Shown: in pieces, positions 29,559 to 40,106 of the stretch
Layout: every line of letters begins with the position of its first letter
How positions within the stretch are numbered: position 1 is the stretch's first letter
Translations under genes and position numbers: made by a program
Assembly (NCBI RefSeq): GCF_004765795.1
Contig: NZ_SBIV01000006.1
Location: forward strand, 62,001 to 126,000
Source of the DNA: Halorussus marinus
GTDB lineage: Archaea; Halobacteriota; Halobacteria; Halobacteriales; Haladaptataceae
Length of the DNA stretch: 64,000 nucleotides
Direction of reading: 5' to 3'
The notes under the pieces: generated by a model
What the model was told of the DNA's origin: nothing
The model's database searches: none
The model's input: only the letters and a program-made list of their open reading frames with translations

Positions 29559-30931
29559 AACTGGTCTGCGGTCCGGATCCGGACGCCGGCCGGCTGCTTG
29601 ACGAACTCCCCGAGGTCGGCGGCGACGAGTTGCCCGACGCCGCGCTGGGCCGCCACGTCGAGGAGTCGCTGTTCGAGCGTCCCGTCGAGCACGACGGCGT
29701 ACGGCGTCTCGTCGGCGTCCCGAACCGCCTCGAAGGCGTTTTCGGCCGCCACCTCGCCGAGCGTCTCGTAGGACTCGCCCAGCAGTCGGGCCGTCCCGGT
29801 CTCGGCGTCGACGACGTCCTCGACGTGGCCCTCGAGGGTCGCCGGCGCTGGCTCGGCGTCGGTCGGGGCGTCGGCGTCGTCGCCCTCACGGGTCGACTCC
29901 GCGTTGGACGCGTCGGTCGCGTCCGGGTCGGGTTCGGCGCCGGGCGAGACCGGTTCGGCGTCGGCCGAAGCCGGCTCCTCGGGGCCGGCGTCGCCGTCGG
30001 GTGCGGGCGCGGGCCGGGCGCTCCCGTCGGTCGCCGCGGTCCCGGGCTCGCTCGCGTCCGAGTCGACGCTCGCGTCCGCGCCGTTCGGTGTCGCGTCCCC
30101 GTCGTCGGAGCGCTCGTCGTCCTCGCCGACCATCGACTTCTCGAACGGGCGCTTGCTCCGGAGCGCGGACATGACCTCGTGGCGTTCGAGGTCCTCGACG
30201 GACTTGCCGCCGGGCGCGAACGCCACGTAGTCGATGTCCCCGACCTGCGAGAGCTCTTTCCGGATGAGGTCGCCCCCGCGGTCGCCGTCGAGGAACGCGG
30301 TGACGGTCCGACCCTGCGTGAGGTCGGCGACGGCGTCGGGGACGTTGGTGCCCTCGACGGCGACGGCGTTTTTGACGCCGTACCGCAGGAGGTTCAGCAC
30401 GTCCGACCGGCCCTCGACCACGACGATGGCGTCGCTGTCCTCGACCCGCGGTCCCGCGGGCAGGCCCTCGTACTCGGCGATGTCCTCGACGCGGACGCTC
30501 TGGCGGACCTCCTCCATGATCTCTCTGGAGGACATCACGTCCTCGTCGAACGAGTCGGCGAGCAACTCCTTGGCGCGGTCGACGACCTTCCGGCGCTTGG
30601 CGGCCCGCACGTCCTCGATCTTGGAGACCGAGACGCTCGCGCGACACGGACCGACGCGGCTGATCGTTTCGAGCGCCGCCGCGAGGATAGAGGTCTCTAC
30701 CTTGTCGAGACTCGACGCGATGGTGACGGTTCCGAACGACTGTCCGTTCTGGCTGTCGACGCTGACGTCGATGCGACCGAGTTTCGACGACTGCTGGAGG
30801 TCGCGGAGATCGAGGTCGTCGCCGAGCAGGCCTTCGGTCTGCCCGAAGACCGCGCCGACGACGTCACTCCGCTCTACCACCCCGTCGGCGGTGATGTCCG
30901 CGTGAATGACGTATTTTGCTGTATCGTCCAT
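29555..30931 (-). CDS. dnaG: Archaeal DnaG-type primase
   Basis: [21 protein letters not shown] motifs VEGRSD and FLDGDRGG; long acidic linker. Confidence 0.96.
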   Translation of the reverse strand: MDDTAKYVIHADITADGVVERSDVVGAVFGQTEGLLGDDLDLRDLQQSSKLGRIDVSVDSQNGQSFGTVTIASSLDKVETSILAAALETISRVGPCRASVSVSKIEDVRAAKRRKVVDRAKELLADSFDEDVMSSREIMEEVRQSVRVEDIAEYEGLPAGPRVEDSDAIVVVEGRSDVLNLLRYGVKNAVAVEGTNVPDAVADLTQGRTVTAFLDGDRGGDLIRKELSQVGDIDYVAFAPGGKSVEDLERHEVMSALRSKRPFEKSMVGEDDERSDDGDATPNGADASVDSDASEPGTAATDGSARPAPAPDGDAGPEEPASADAEPVSPGAEPDPDATDASNAESTREGDDADAPTDAEPAPATLEGHVEDVVDAETGTARLLGESYETLGEVAAENAFEAVRDADETPYAVVLDGTLEQRLLDVAAQRGVGQLVAADLGEFVKQPAGVRIRTADQF

Positions 30932-31091
30932 GAGTGATGAACTGCCCGTGTGAGGGGCGTGATTGTGATGTGTCCATGTGCGGAAACGCGGCCATGGATG
31001 TTTTAAAATGACACACCGAAACTGAAATACCTGTCGTCACCGTGGGGAGCCGGGTGCCACCTTTTTTGAACTGTCGCCGAAATCGTCGGTC

Positions 31092-31445
31092 GTGAACCGC
31101 ACCGTTCGGTACGCCGTCGGGGTCGCGGTCGGTCTCGCCGTGCCCGCGGCGGTCGCGGCCGCCGCGCCAACCTCTCGCGTCCCGATACTGCTCGTCGCCA
31201 TCGCACAGGTGTACGCCGTCGGAACCGCCATCGCGCTCCGATTTCCCGACCGGCTCCGCCGCACCGACGCGCCCAACTGGACGAGCGGCGCGTTCGCCGG
31301 CGTCCTCACGTTCGGGACCACGGCGCTCTTGCAGGGCGTCGACGCCGGCCCGACGCTCGCCGCGACGGTTCTGGGGTGGGGGCTGGCCGGGTTCGGTTTC
31401 GTGACGGGAATCGCGTACGAACGGGGCGAGTCCGGCTCTCAGTAG
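31092..31445 (+). CDS. Small hypothetical membrane protein (about 4 TM helices)
   Basis: Four hydrophobic stretches; fills the gap between dnaG and nhaC. Confidence 0.6.
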   Translation: MNRTVRYAVGVAVGLAVPAAVAAAAPTSRVPILLVAIAQVYAVGTAIALRFPDRLRRTDAPNWTSGAFAGVLTFGTTALLQGVDAGPTLAATVLGWGLAGFGFVTGIAYERGESGSQ

Positions 31446-31521
31446 TCAGTCGCGGGCTCGCCGCCCGGCGTGCGGGCGACCGCTCACCTCCCCGAATCGC
31501 AAAAAAGTCGCTGTCGGTCGA

Positions 31522-33132
31522 TCAGTCGTCGGACGGCGCGGCGTCCCGGCTCGACCGCTGGGCTCGCGCCGTGAGGTTCTTGCGGTTGGCGTCCCACTCC
31601 GAGAGGCCGTAGACCAGCCCGTAGAGCAGGCCGACGCCGACCGGGAGCAACACGAGCGGCGTGACCCGAGTCGCGCCCCAGATGGTCAGCATCGCCGCCG
31701 CGACGAGGACGACGGTCACCGCGTAGTACATCTGGGTCCGGACGTGGTCGATGTGGTCCGCCCCCGTGAACGTCGACGACAGGATCGTCGTGTCCGAGAT
31801 GGGCGAACAGTGGTCGCCGAAGATCGCACCGCTGAACACGGTCCCGATCGCGACCGGTAGTAGCTCCGGCGTCGAGTTGCCGATGTTCCACGCCAGCGGG
31901 ACCGCGATCGGCGTGACGATCGCCATCGTCCCCCACGAGGTCCCCGTGGAGAACGCGATCAGCGCCGACGCGAACAGGATGATGACGGGCAACAGCATCG
32001 GACTGATCAGCGACTCGGCGACGTTAGTCACGTAGACGCCCGTCCCGAGCGAACTGGTGACGCCGCCGATGGTCCACGCCATGACGAGGATCGACGCCGC
32101 GGTCAGCATCATGCTGAAGCCGTCGATAACCGTCTCCATGGCCTCTTCGAGGTCCATCAGGCCCCCGACGGTCCCGGAGATGATCCCCATCGCGGCCATC
32201 GAGAACGCCCCCCAGAGGAGCGCGTCGACGAACTGGGCGTTGCTGACGACGTCGATGAACGCCGCGCCGCTCTCGGATCCCGCGAAGCCGGTGTAGGCCG
32301 CGCCCGCGAAGACCACGGCGATGAGCGTTCCGACCGGCAGGAGGAAGTACCGGAGCTGGGGCGAGTCGGTGAACATGTCGCCCAGACTGTCCTCGGCGCT
32401 TTGCATCGGCACCGCGTCGTCCCGAAGCACCTTCCCCTCCTTCCACGAGCGGTGCTCGGCGTCGAGCATCTCGCCGAAGTCACGCTGGGTGAGGATGATG
32501 ATCCCGACCATCGCCAGCGCGAAGATGCAGTACATGTTGAACGGGATGCTCTGGAGGAAGAGGCCGAACGACTCGGGGGCCTGACCGGTGATCCCCGCGG
32601 CCTCGTAGCCCTGTTCGATCATGCTCAGTTGGTAGACGACCCAACTGGAGATGCCGAACGTCGCCACCGGCGCGGCGGTGGAGTCGACGATGTACGAGAG
32701 CTTCTCCCGGGACATCCGCATCTCGTCGGCCATGTCACGCATCGTCGTGCCGACGATGGCGGTGTTCGAGTAGTCTCCGAAGAACCACAGCATCCCGAAG
32801 ATCCACGTCGCCAGCCCGACTTTCCGCTGGGAGTCCAACCGGGAGGTGGCGGCGTTCGCGATGGCGAGCGCCCCGCCCAGCCGCCATATCAGGGCGACTC
32901 CGGCCCCGAGGAACATCACGATCATCAGGATCTTCGCGTGGAAGAGGCTCTCGCCGATCGACTGGGCGGTCCACGTCAGCGTCTGGACGACGCCGTGGCC
33001 ACCCGTGTAGATGACCCCGCCCGACCAGATTCCGAGGAACAGCGAGAGGATGGCGCGGCGCGTGACCATCGCCAGTACGATCGCCAGCAGCGGCGGTACC
33101 AGCGAGAGCGCACCGAACGTCTCAGTCGCCAT
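31522..33132 (-). CDS. NhaC-family antiporter (possibly amino-acid or organic-acid transport)
   Basis: SLVPPLLAI, REKLSYIVDSTAAP, FSTGTSWGT, GAIFGDHCSPISDTT, HVRTQ. Confidence 0.9.
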   Translation of the reverse strand: MATETFGALSLVPPLLAIVLAMVTRRAILSLFLGIWSGGVIYTGGHGVVQTLTWTAQSIGESLFHAKILMIVMFLGAGVALIWRLGGALAIANAATSRLDSQRKVGLATWIFGMLWFFGDYSNTAIVGTTMRDMADEMRMSREKLSYIVDSTAAPVATFGISSWVVYQLSMIEQGYEAAGITGQAPESFGLFLQSIPFNMYCIFALAMVGIIILTQRDFGEMLDAEHRSWKEGKVLRDDAVPMQSAEDSLGDMFTDSPQLRYFLLPVGTLIAVVFAGAAYTGFAGSESGAAFIDVVSNAQFVDALLWGAFSMAAMGIISGTVGGLMDLEEAMETVIDGFSMMLTAASILVMAWTIGGVTSSLGTGVYVTNVAESLISPMLLPVIILFASALIAFSTGTSWGTMAIVTPIAVPLAWNIGNSTPELLPVAIGTVFSGAIFGDHCSPISDTTILSSTFTGADHIDHVRTQMYYAVTVVLVAAAMLTIWGATRVTPLVLLPVGVGLLYGLVYGLSEWDANRKNLTARAQRSSRDAAPSDD

Positions 33133-33262
33133 CGAGTCCCTCCGCGACGGCGCTCCGTTCGACGCGAACTGCGTTCGGCGTTCCGTCCCGCGTCGGTCCG
33201 GCCTCCGTTTTGGCTCCGTCGAAAACGCTTTTTGTGTATGACATATGTTGTGTTTTGGCGTA

Positions 33263-33276
33263 ACCCAGTACTGGGT
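33263..33276. promoter_or_regulatory. Perfect 14-bp palindrome in the AT-rich region upstream of nhaC
   Basis: ACCCAGTACTGGGT. Confidence 0.45.
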
Positions 33277-33479
33277 GGACAGTTGACGCAAATAAACCCT
33301 CCGGATTCACAGGTAGCTTGTCATTATCGGATTTTTCTCTGACTATCGTAGCGTAATACTTGAGCGGTTCGATAAACCATCAATTCGCTCGGCTCCAGTC
33401 CGAATCTCCGGGTGTCTCGCCGAGACCCTGTCGGCCGGTTCACACGAAAAAAGAGGCGTGAACGCGTCGCCCGCGACCT

Positions 33480-34202
33480 CTACGCGAGGAGGTCGGCCAC
33501 GCCGGCCGCGCCGCGGGCCAGCGACGCCTCGGGGTCGTCGGGGTCGTCGTGCTCGTACACGAGCCACTCGGTCCCGGCCTCGCGGGCCGCTCGGACACAC
33601 CGCTCGGCGTCGAGGTCGCCGTCGCCGAGTTCGACCGGCCGGTCGCCCGCCACGTCCTTGAGGTGGACGAGCGGCGCGCGGTCCCGGAGCCGACCCAGCA
33701 GTTCGGCCGGCTCTCGTCCCGCCGCGGTCGCCCACCCCGCGTCGAGTTCGAGATCGAGGTCGGTCTCGCCGACCAACAGATCGTACGCCGTGGCGTCGCC
33801 GACCGCGACGAACTCGTGGTCGTGGTTGTGGTACGCGAGTCCGAGCCCGCGCTCGCCGAGGCGGGCGTCGATCTCCGCGAGGAGTCGGGCGGTCTCGGTC
33901 GCGCGGTCGCGGCTCGTGAAGTGTGGCTCGTCGAGATACGGGACGACGAGCCGATCGCACTCGAGTCGCCGGTAGGTCTCGACGGTCGCCTCGAAGTCGT
34001 TTTCGAGCGCCTCGATCCCGACGTGGGCGGCGGCCGCGTCGAGGCCGGCGTCGTCGAGCGCGCGCCGGACCTCGCGGGGGTCCGCGCCGCCGAGCCCGGC
34101 GAACTCGACGCCGTCGAAGGCGGTCTCGCCGACCCGGGAAAGCAGTGCGGGGACGGGCTCGTCCAGTTCGCGGAGCGTGTACAGCTGAATCGCGGATCGC
34201 AT
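33480..34202 (-). CDS. Sugar phosphate isomerase/epimerase (xylose isomerase-like TIM barrel)
   Basis: AIQLYTLR, YHNHDHEF, ELDAGW, VHLKD, YEHD. Confidence 0.9.
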   Translation of the reverse strand: MRSAIQLYTLRELDEPVPALLSRVGETAFDGVEFAGLGGADPREVRRALDDAGLDAAAAHVGIEALENDFEATVETYRRLECDRLVVPYLDEPHFTSRDRATETARLLAEIDARLGERGLGLAYHNHDHEFVAVGDATAYDLLVGETDLDLELDAGWATAAGREPAELLGRLRDRAPLVHLKDVAGDRPVELGDGDLDAERCVRAAREAGTEWLVYEHDDPDDPEASLARGAAGVADLLA

Positions 34203-34306
34203 ACCGCCGGTACGCCGGACGGACCTAAATCGGTTGTTGCGCCCGACCCCCGGTCGGCGAGCGGGCCAGCAACAGCTATTACTCGGTGTCGGCCGACGCC
34301 GTAGAC

Positions 34307-35263
34307 ATGCCCAACGATCCGACCGTTCTGATCCCCCACTACCTCTCGGACGACGCCAGAGCGAGCCTCCGGAGCGCGCTCGCCGACCGACTGCCCGGCG
34401 CCGATCTCGCGGTGACCGCGACGCCGCCCGAGACCGACGACCGACTCCCCGACGCCGAGATCGTGGCGACGGTCCGGCTCCCCGACGACCGGCTCGACCG
34501 CGCCGAGCGCCTCCGATGGGTGCAGTCGCTGAGCGCCGGCGTCGACCACTTCGACGCCGACGCGCTCGAATCCCGGGACGTCGCGCTCACCAACGCCTCG
34601 GGGGTCCACGCCGAACCCATCGGCGAGCAGGTGCTCGGGTACATGCTGGTGTTCGAGCGCAACATCCACAAGGGGATCGCCCAGCAACACCGCGGCGTCT
34701 GGGAGTCGTACGGCGGGCGCGAACTCCGCGACGAGACGGTCGGTATCGTCGGCGTCGGCGCCATCGGCGCCCGCGTGGCCGAACTGGCGTCCGCGTTCGG
34801 GATGGAAGTGCTCGGCACCAAGCGGACCCCCGAGACAGCCCCCGAGGCGGTCGACGAGGCGTTCGGCCCCGACGGGCTCTTCGAGGTGCTCTCGCGGTCC
34901 GACTACGTCGTCGTCGCCTGTCCGCTCACCGACCAGACCCGGGGACTGCTCGGCGAGGAGGCGTTCCGGACGATGCCCTCGACCGGCGTGGTCGTCAACG
35001 TCGCCCGCGGGGAGATCGTCGATCAGGACGCGCTCACCGCGGCGCTCCAGCAGGACCGGATCCGCGGGGCGGCCCTCGACGTGTTCGACGAGGAGCCCCT
35101 GCCGGCCGACTCGCCGCTCTGGGACCTCTCGAACGCGGTCCTCACGCCCCACATGGCGGGGTCGACGCCCCACTACTGGGAGCGGTGTGCGGACCTGTTC
35201 GCGGACAACTACGAGCGGTACGTCGCCGGCGACCTCGACGGGATGACGAACAGGGTGCTCTGA
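34307..35263 (+). CDS. D-2-hydroxyacid dehydrogenase
   Basis: SAGVDH, GVGAIG, NVARG, ALDVFDEEPL, TPHMAG. Confidence 0.93.
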   Translation: MPNDPTVLIPHYLSDDARASLRSALADRLPGADLAVTATPPETDDRLPDAEIVATVRLPDDRLDRAERLRWVQSLSAGVDHFDADALESRDVALTNASGVHAEPIGEQVLGYMLVFERNIHKGIAQQHRGVWESYGGRELRDETVGIVGVGAIGARVAELASAFGMEVLGTKRTPETAPEAVDEAFGPDGLFEVLSRSDYVVVACPLTDQTRGLLGEEAFRTMPSTGVVVNVARGEIVDQDALTAALQQDRIRGAALDVFDEEPLPADSPLWDLSNAVLTPHMAGSTPHYWERCADLFADNYERYVAGDLDGMTNRVL

Positions 35264-35358
35264 GCGCCGGTCGAGCGGTCGATTCCCGAGCGGGCCCGGT
35301 GGCCCGATCGCGGACTCCCCCGAGGACGACGAACGACGATCGTACCGGAACCGCGCAA

Positions 35359-35379
35359 TTGAATAAAATTTTGATTCAA
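35359..35379. promoter_or_regulatory. AT-rich inverted repeat upstream of the DUF3311-SSS operon
   Basis: TTGAAT-AAAATTTT-G-ATTCAA. Confidence 0.45.
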
Positions 35380-35437
35380 AGAACTACCTTGGGTACTTTC
35401 AGCAATACTTATGCCGGCGTGGTGGCAATCGGCTGAT

Positions 35438-35656
35438 ATGGTCTCGAAACTGGAAGCGGTCGGGTGGGCGATCGCCGGCTTCGTCGTCGTCGCACTGGCG
35501 ATCCCGTGGTTCATGTGGCGTGACGCGACCGTGATCGCGGGACTGCCGGCGTGGCTCTGGTGGCACATCGGGTGGATGGCGCTCGCGGCCGCGACGTTCT
35601 GGGCGTTCGCCCGCCGCGCGTGGGGCCTCGGCATCGAGGCGGAGGTGCGACCGTGA
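35438..35656 (+). CDS. DUF3311-like small membrane partner of the SSS transporter
   Basis: IPWFMW...GLPAWLWWHIGWM; GTGA overlap with the symporter. Confidence 0.85.
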   Translation: MVSKLEAVGWAIAGFVVVALAIPWFMWRDATVIAGLPAWLWWHIGWMALAAATFWAFARRAWGLGIEAEVRP

Positions 35657-37122
35657 GCGACCTCCCGCTCCAACTCGGCATCATCGGCGGCTATCTGGTG
35701 CTCGCGCTCGCCATCGGCCTGTTCGCCTACCGGCTGACCGACCGCTCGGCCGAGGACTACTACCTCGCGGGCCGGACGCTCGGGACGGTCGTGCTCCTGT
35801 TTACCACCTTCGCCACCCTGCTGTCGGCGTTTACCTTCTTCGGCGGGCCGAACCTGGCGTACGGCGCCGGCCCCGAGTGGATCCTCGTGATGGGGCTGAT
35901 GGACGGGATCATCTTCGCGGTGCTGTGGTACGTGGTCGGCTACAAGCAGTGGCTGGTCGGCCGCGAGCACGGCTACGTCACCCTCGGCGAGATGCTCGGG
36001 GACCGCTTTGGCTCCCAGTGGCTCCGCGGACTCGTCGCCGCGGTCAGCCTCTTTTGGCTGTTCCCGTACGTGATGCTCCAGCAGGTCGGTGCCGGCACCG
36101 CGCTCGAAGCGCTCACCGGCGGGACCATCCCCTACTGGGCCGGCGCGGGGCTCATCACGGCGTTCATGATCGCCTACGTCGTGCTCGCGGGGATGCGGGG
36201 CATCGCGTGGACCGACACCCTCCAGGGGGCGTTCATGCTCGTTATGGTGTGGGCCGCCCTCGCGTGGGTGCTCTCGGCCGTCGGCGGGGCGGGCGCGGCC
36301 ACCGACCGGCTCGCGGCCTCGAACCCCGAGTTCCTCGCGCTCGGCGGCGGGCTCTACACCGTCCCGTGGATGCTCTCGCAGGCGATCTCGATCGCGTTCG
36401 GGGTGGCGATGTTCCCGCAGGTGAACCAGCGGTTCTTCGTCGCGAAGTCCAAGACGGTGCTCAAGCGCACCTTCGCGCTGTGGCCGATTCTGGTCGTGTT
36501 GCTGTTCGTCCCGGCGTTCCTGCTCGGGGCGTGGGCCCAGGGGCTCGGGCTGGCGGTGCCCGACGGCGGGAACGTCCTGCCGGTCCTGCTGAACGAGTAC
36601 ACGCCGGCGTGGTTCGCCGCGCTGGTCGTCGCGGGCGCGATGGCCGCGATGATGAGCTCCTCGGACTCGATGTTGCTCTCGGGGTCGTCGTACTTCACTC
36701 GGGACCTCTACCGGCCGTTCGTCAACCCCGACGCGAGCGACCGGCGCGAGGACGTCCTCGCGCGGATCGGTGTCGCCGTCTTCGCGATTCTGGCGTTCGT
36801 CGCCAGCCTGTTCCGGCCGGGCTCGCTCATCGAGATCGGCGACACCGCCTTCGGCGGGTTCGCCCAGCTCGCGCTCCCGGTCATCGCCGCCCTCTACTGG
36901 CGCGAGACTACGCGGGCGGGCATGTTCGCGGGCGTCGGCGGGAGTCAGGCGTTCTACCTCGCCAGCGTCTTCACCGGGTTCGTTCCCGACGCCTTCTGGG
37001 GCTGGAGCGCCTCGGTCGTCGGGATGCTGATCGGGCTCGCGCTCACGGTCGGCGTCTCGGCGTTCACCGCGCCCGCGGCCGACGAGCGCCCCGCCACCTA
37101 CGAGGGGCTCGGCGCCGACTAG
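35653..37122 (+). CDS. Sodium:solute symporter family protein
   Basis: DYYLAGR, SAFTFFGG, GMRGIAWTDTLQG, AAMMSSSDS. Confidence 0.92.
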   Translation: MSDLPLQLGIIGGYLVLALAIGLFAYRLTDRSAEDYYLAGRTLGTVVLLFTTFATLLSAFTFFGGPNLAYGAGPEWILVMGLMDGIIFAVLWYVVGYKQWLVGREHGYVTLGEMLGDRFGSQWLRGLVAAVSLFWLFPYVMLQQVGAGTALEALTGGTIPYWAGAGLITAFMIAYVVLAGMRGIAWTDTLQGAFMLVMVWAALAWVLSAVGGAGAATDRLAASNPEFLALGGGLYTVPWMLSQAISIAFGVAMFPQVNQRFFVAKSKTVLKRTFALWPILVVLLFVPAFLLGAWAQGLGLAVPDGGNVLPVLLNEYTPAWFAALVVAGAMAAMMSSSDSMLLSGSSYFTRDLYRPFVNPDASDRREDVLARIGVAVFAILAFVASLFRPGSLIEIGDTAFGGFAQLALPVIAALYWRETTRAGMFAGVGGSQAFYLASVFTGFVPDAFWGWSASVVGMLIGLALTVGVSAFTAPAADERPATYEGLGAD

Positions 37123-37158
37123 CCAAACCTTTTCTCGCGCTCGGAACAACCCACGCGC

Positions 37159-38046
<888 letters not shown>

Positions 38047-38110
38047 CGTCGTCCGATAGCTGACCTCGCCTGCTGGCGACCGCGTCGTCTTCTCGACTCG
38101 TTCGGCGCTA

Positions 38111-39319
38111 TCACTCCAGCCCGTACAGCAGTCCGTCCCCGGTCCCCACGTACAGCATCCCGTCGGCGGGCACCGGCGACCCGCTGACCGGCGGGTCGAT
38201 CCGGACCCGCCACCGCTCGGCGCCGTTCCGGGTCCACGAAACCACCTCGCCGTCGGCGCCGACCGCGTAGACGCCACGATCGCCGACGGTCGGGCCGCCG
38301 TAGTACTTCTCGCCCGCCCCGGTCCACTCGGGGTCGCCCGTCGCGGCGTCGACGGCCCGGAGCGTCCCGTCGAGGCCGGCGACGTAGAGGACGCCGTCGG
38401 CCAGCGCGGGCGAGGCCTGTACGCCGTCTGGCGGGGCGAGTCGCCACGCCTCGTCGCCGGTGTCGGCGTCGAGCGCGACCAGCGGGCCGGTTCCGGTGGG
38501 CACGTAGACGAGGCCGTCGCCGACGACGGGCGCCCCGACGGGGTTGAACCGCGGCGACTCGCCGAGCCGTTTGGACCACACCGCCGCGCCGTCGGCGAGG
38601 TCGATCGCGTGGACGGTGCCCCGCGTGTCGGGGTCGGCCTCGTCGTCGTCGCGGGCCGCGGCGTAGGCGACGCCGTCGGCGAGCGCTGGCGCGCCCCAGA
38701 CGGAGGTCTCGACGGAGTACTCCCACCGGACCGAGCCGTCGGCGCGCTCGACGGCCGCGACCCGGCCGCCGTCCGGGCCGTGACCTGCCGTTCCGACGCA
38801 GAGGACGAACGCCTCGTCGGCGACCGACGGCGACGACTCGGGGTTGGTGAGGTCGGTCCGCCATCGCCCGAAGCCGACCGCCCGGCCGAACGCCCGGAGC
38901 CCGCCGTCGGCGGCGACTCCCCGGAGGCCGTCGCGGTGGGGAACCGCGAGCGTCCCGTCGGCCAGCGCGGGCGTGAGCTGGGCGTAGTCGCCCGCGTCGT
39001 GCCACCGGACCGCGCCGTCGGCGGGGGCGAGCCCGAACACCCCGTCGAACCACGCGTTGGCGTAGACCGCGTCGCCCACGAGGGGCTGGGTCGAGTTGCG
39101 GTAGTAGCTACCGGCGGCGTGGACCCACGCCACCGTCGGCTCCTCGGACGGGCCGACGGCGTCGGGGTTGGCGGCGGCGTTGGTCGCGTCGAACCCGAAC
39201 TGGGGCCAGCGCTGGTCGTCGGGGACGCCGTCCGAGCCGGTACAGCCGGCCGTCGCGGCCGCGCCCGCGGTCGCCGCCGAGGCGAGTAGCTCGCGACGAG
39301 AGAGCGTCGTGGAGGGCAT
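38111..39319 (-). CDS. Tat-exported PQQ-like beta-propeller (lipo)protein
   Basis: SRRELL twin-arginine motif, TAGC lipobox, WPQFGFD, repeated A.DA.TG...W blades. Confidence 0.88.
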   Translation of the reverse strand: MPSTTLSRRELLASAATAGAAATAGCTGSDGVPDDQRWPQFGFDATNAAANPDAVGPSEEPTVAWVHAAGSYYRNSTQPLVGDAVYANAWFDGVFGLAPADGAVRWHDAGDYAQLTPALADGTLAVPHRDGLRGVAADGGLRAFGRAVGFGRWRTDLTNPESSPSVADEAFVLCVGTAGHGPDGGRVAAVERADGSVRWEYSVETSVWGAPALADGVAYAAARDDDEADPDTRGTVHAIDLADGAAVWSKRLGESPRFNPVGAPVVGDGLVYVPTGTGPLVALDADTGDEAWRLAPPDGVQASPALADGVLYVAGLDGTLRAVDAATGDPEWTGAGEKYYGGPTVGDRGVYAVGADGEVVSWTRNGAERWRVRIDPPVSGSPVPADGMLYVGTGDGLLYGLE

Positions 39320-39372
39320 CGGTTCCGAGATTACGGGCTCGGCTCAAAAGGATTTCGTCGCCGACGGGCGGC

Positions 39373-40053
39373 TCAGGCCTCGCGGCGGTCGGCTTCGAGC
39401 TTCTTCACCCGGGTCGACAGCGCCAGAAACGTCGCCCCGAGCGTGAGCGCGACCGCCCCGGCGGCCGCCACGTCGTGAGCGGCGAGCGCGTGGTCGTACG
39501 TCGAGCCGACCCACTCGGCCGGAACGGTCGTGTGGTGGGGCTCGCCGACGATCGGGACGAAGTAATCGACGAGGTCGTTGAACCCGTACCACGCGACCGC
39601 GACCGCGACCGCCCGGACCGAGAAGTCGGCGTATCGGTGGAGCACGAACGCCTCGGCGACCATCCCGAGGTGGCTCCAGAACAGGAAGTTGTACATCGCC
39701 CAGTGGAGATACGAGAACTCCGCGTTGAACGCGAGCAGGACGTACGGCGTCCAGAGCCCGAGCTTGATACAGCCGAAGAACGCGAGGGCGTCGAGCCACT
39801 CCCGGGAGCGCCCGAGCTTCCAGAGCGCCAGACTCCCCGCGATGAACAGGGTCGCGACGGGGCTGTCCGGGACGAACGGCCACATCACGACCGGCTCGAA
39901 CGAGAACTGCCCCTGATAGTACCAGAACCCGAACGCGGTGCCGACGAGGTTGATCGCGACGATGACCCACGCGTACCGGAGCGCGAACTCCTCCAGCCGC
40001 CCGGGCAGGGGCGCGACGTACCGCGGGAGGTCCTCCCGACTCGGCAGCGACAT
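39373..40053 (-). CDS. DUF1405 membrane protein
   Basis: NLVGTAFGFWYY, FVPDSP, SHLGM, NDLVDY. Confidence 0.85.
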   Translation of the reverse strand: MSLPSREDLPRYVAPLPGRLEEFALRYAWVIVAINLVGTAFGFWYYQGQFSFEPVVMWPFVPDSPVATLFIAGSLALWKLGRSREWLDALAFFGCIKLGLWTPYVLLAFNAEFSYLHWAMYNFLFWSHLGMVAEAFVLHRYADFSVRAVAVAVAWYGFNDLVDYFVPIVGEPHHTTVPAEWVGSTYDHALAAHDVAAAGAVALTLGATFLALSTRVKKLEADRREA

Positions 40054-40106
40054 ATCGGGACGGTCGCACGACCGGCGCAAAGCTCTGGCGGTCTCGGCGA
40101 GCCGCC

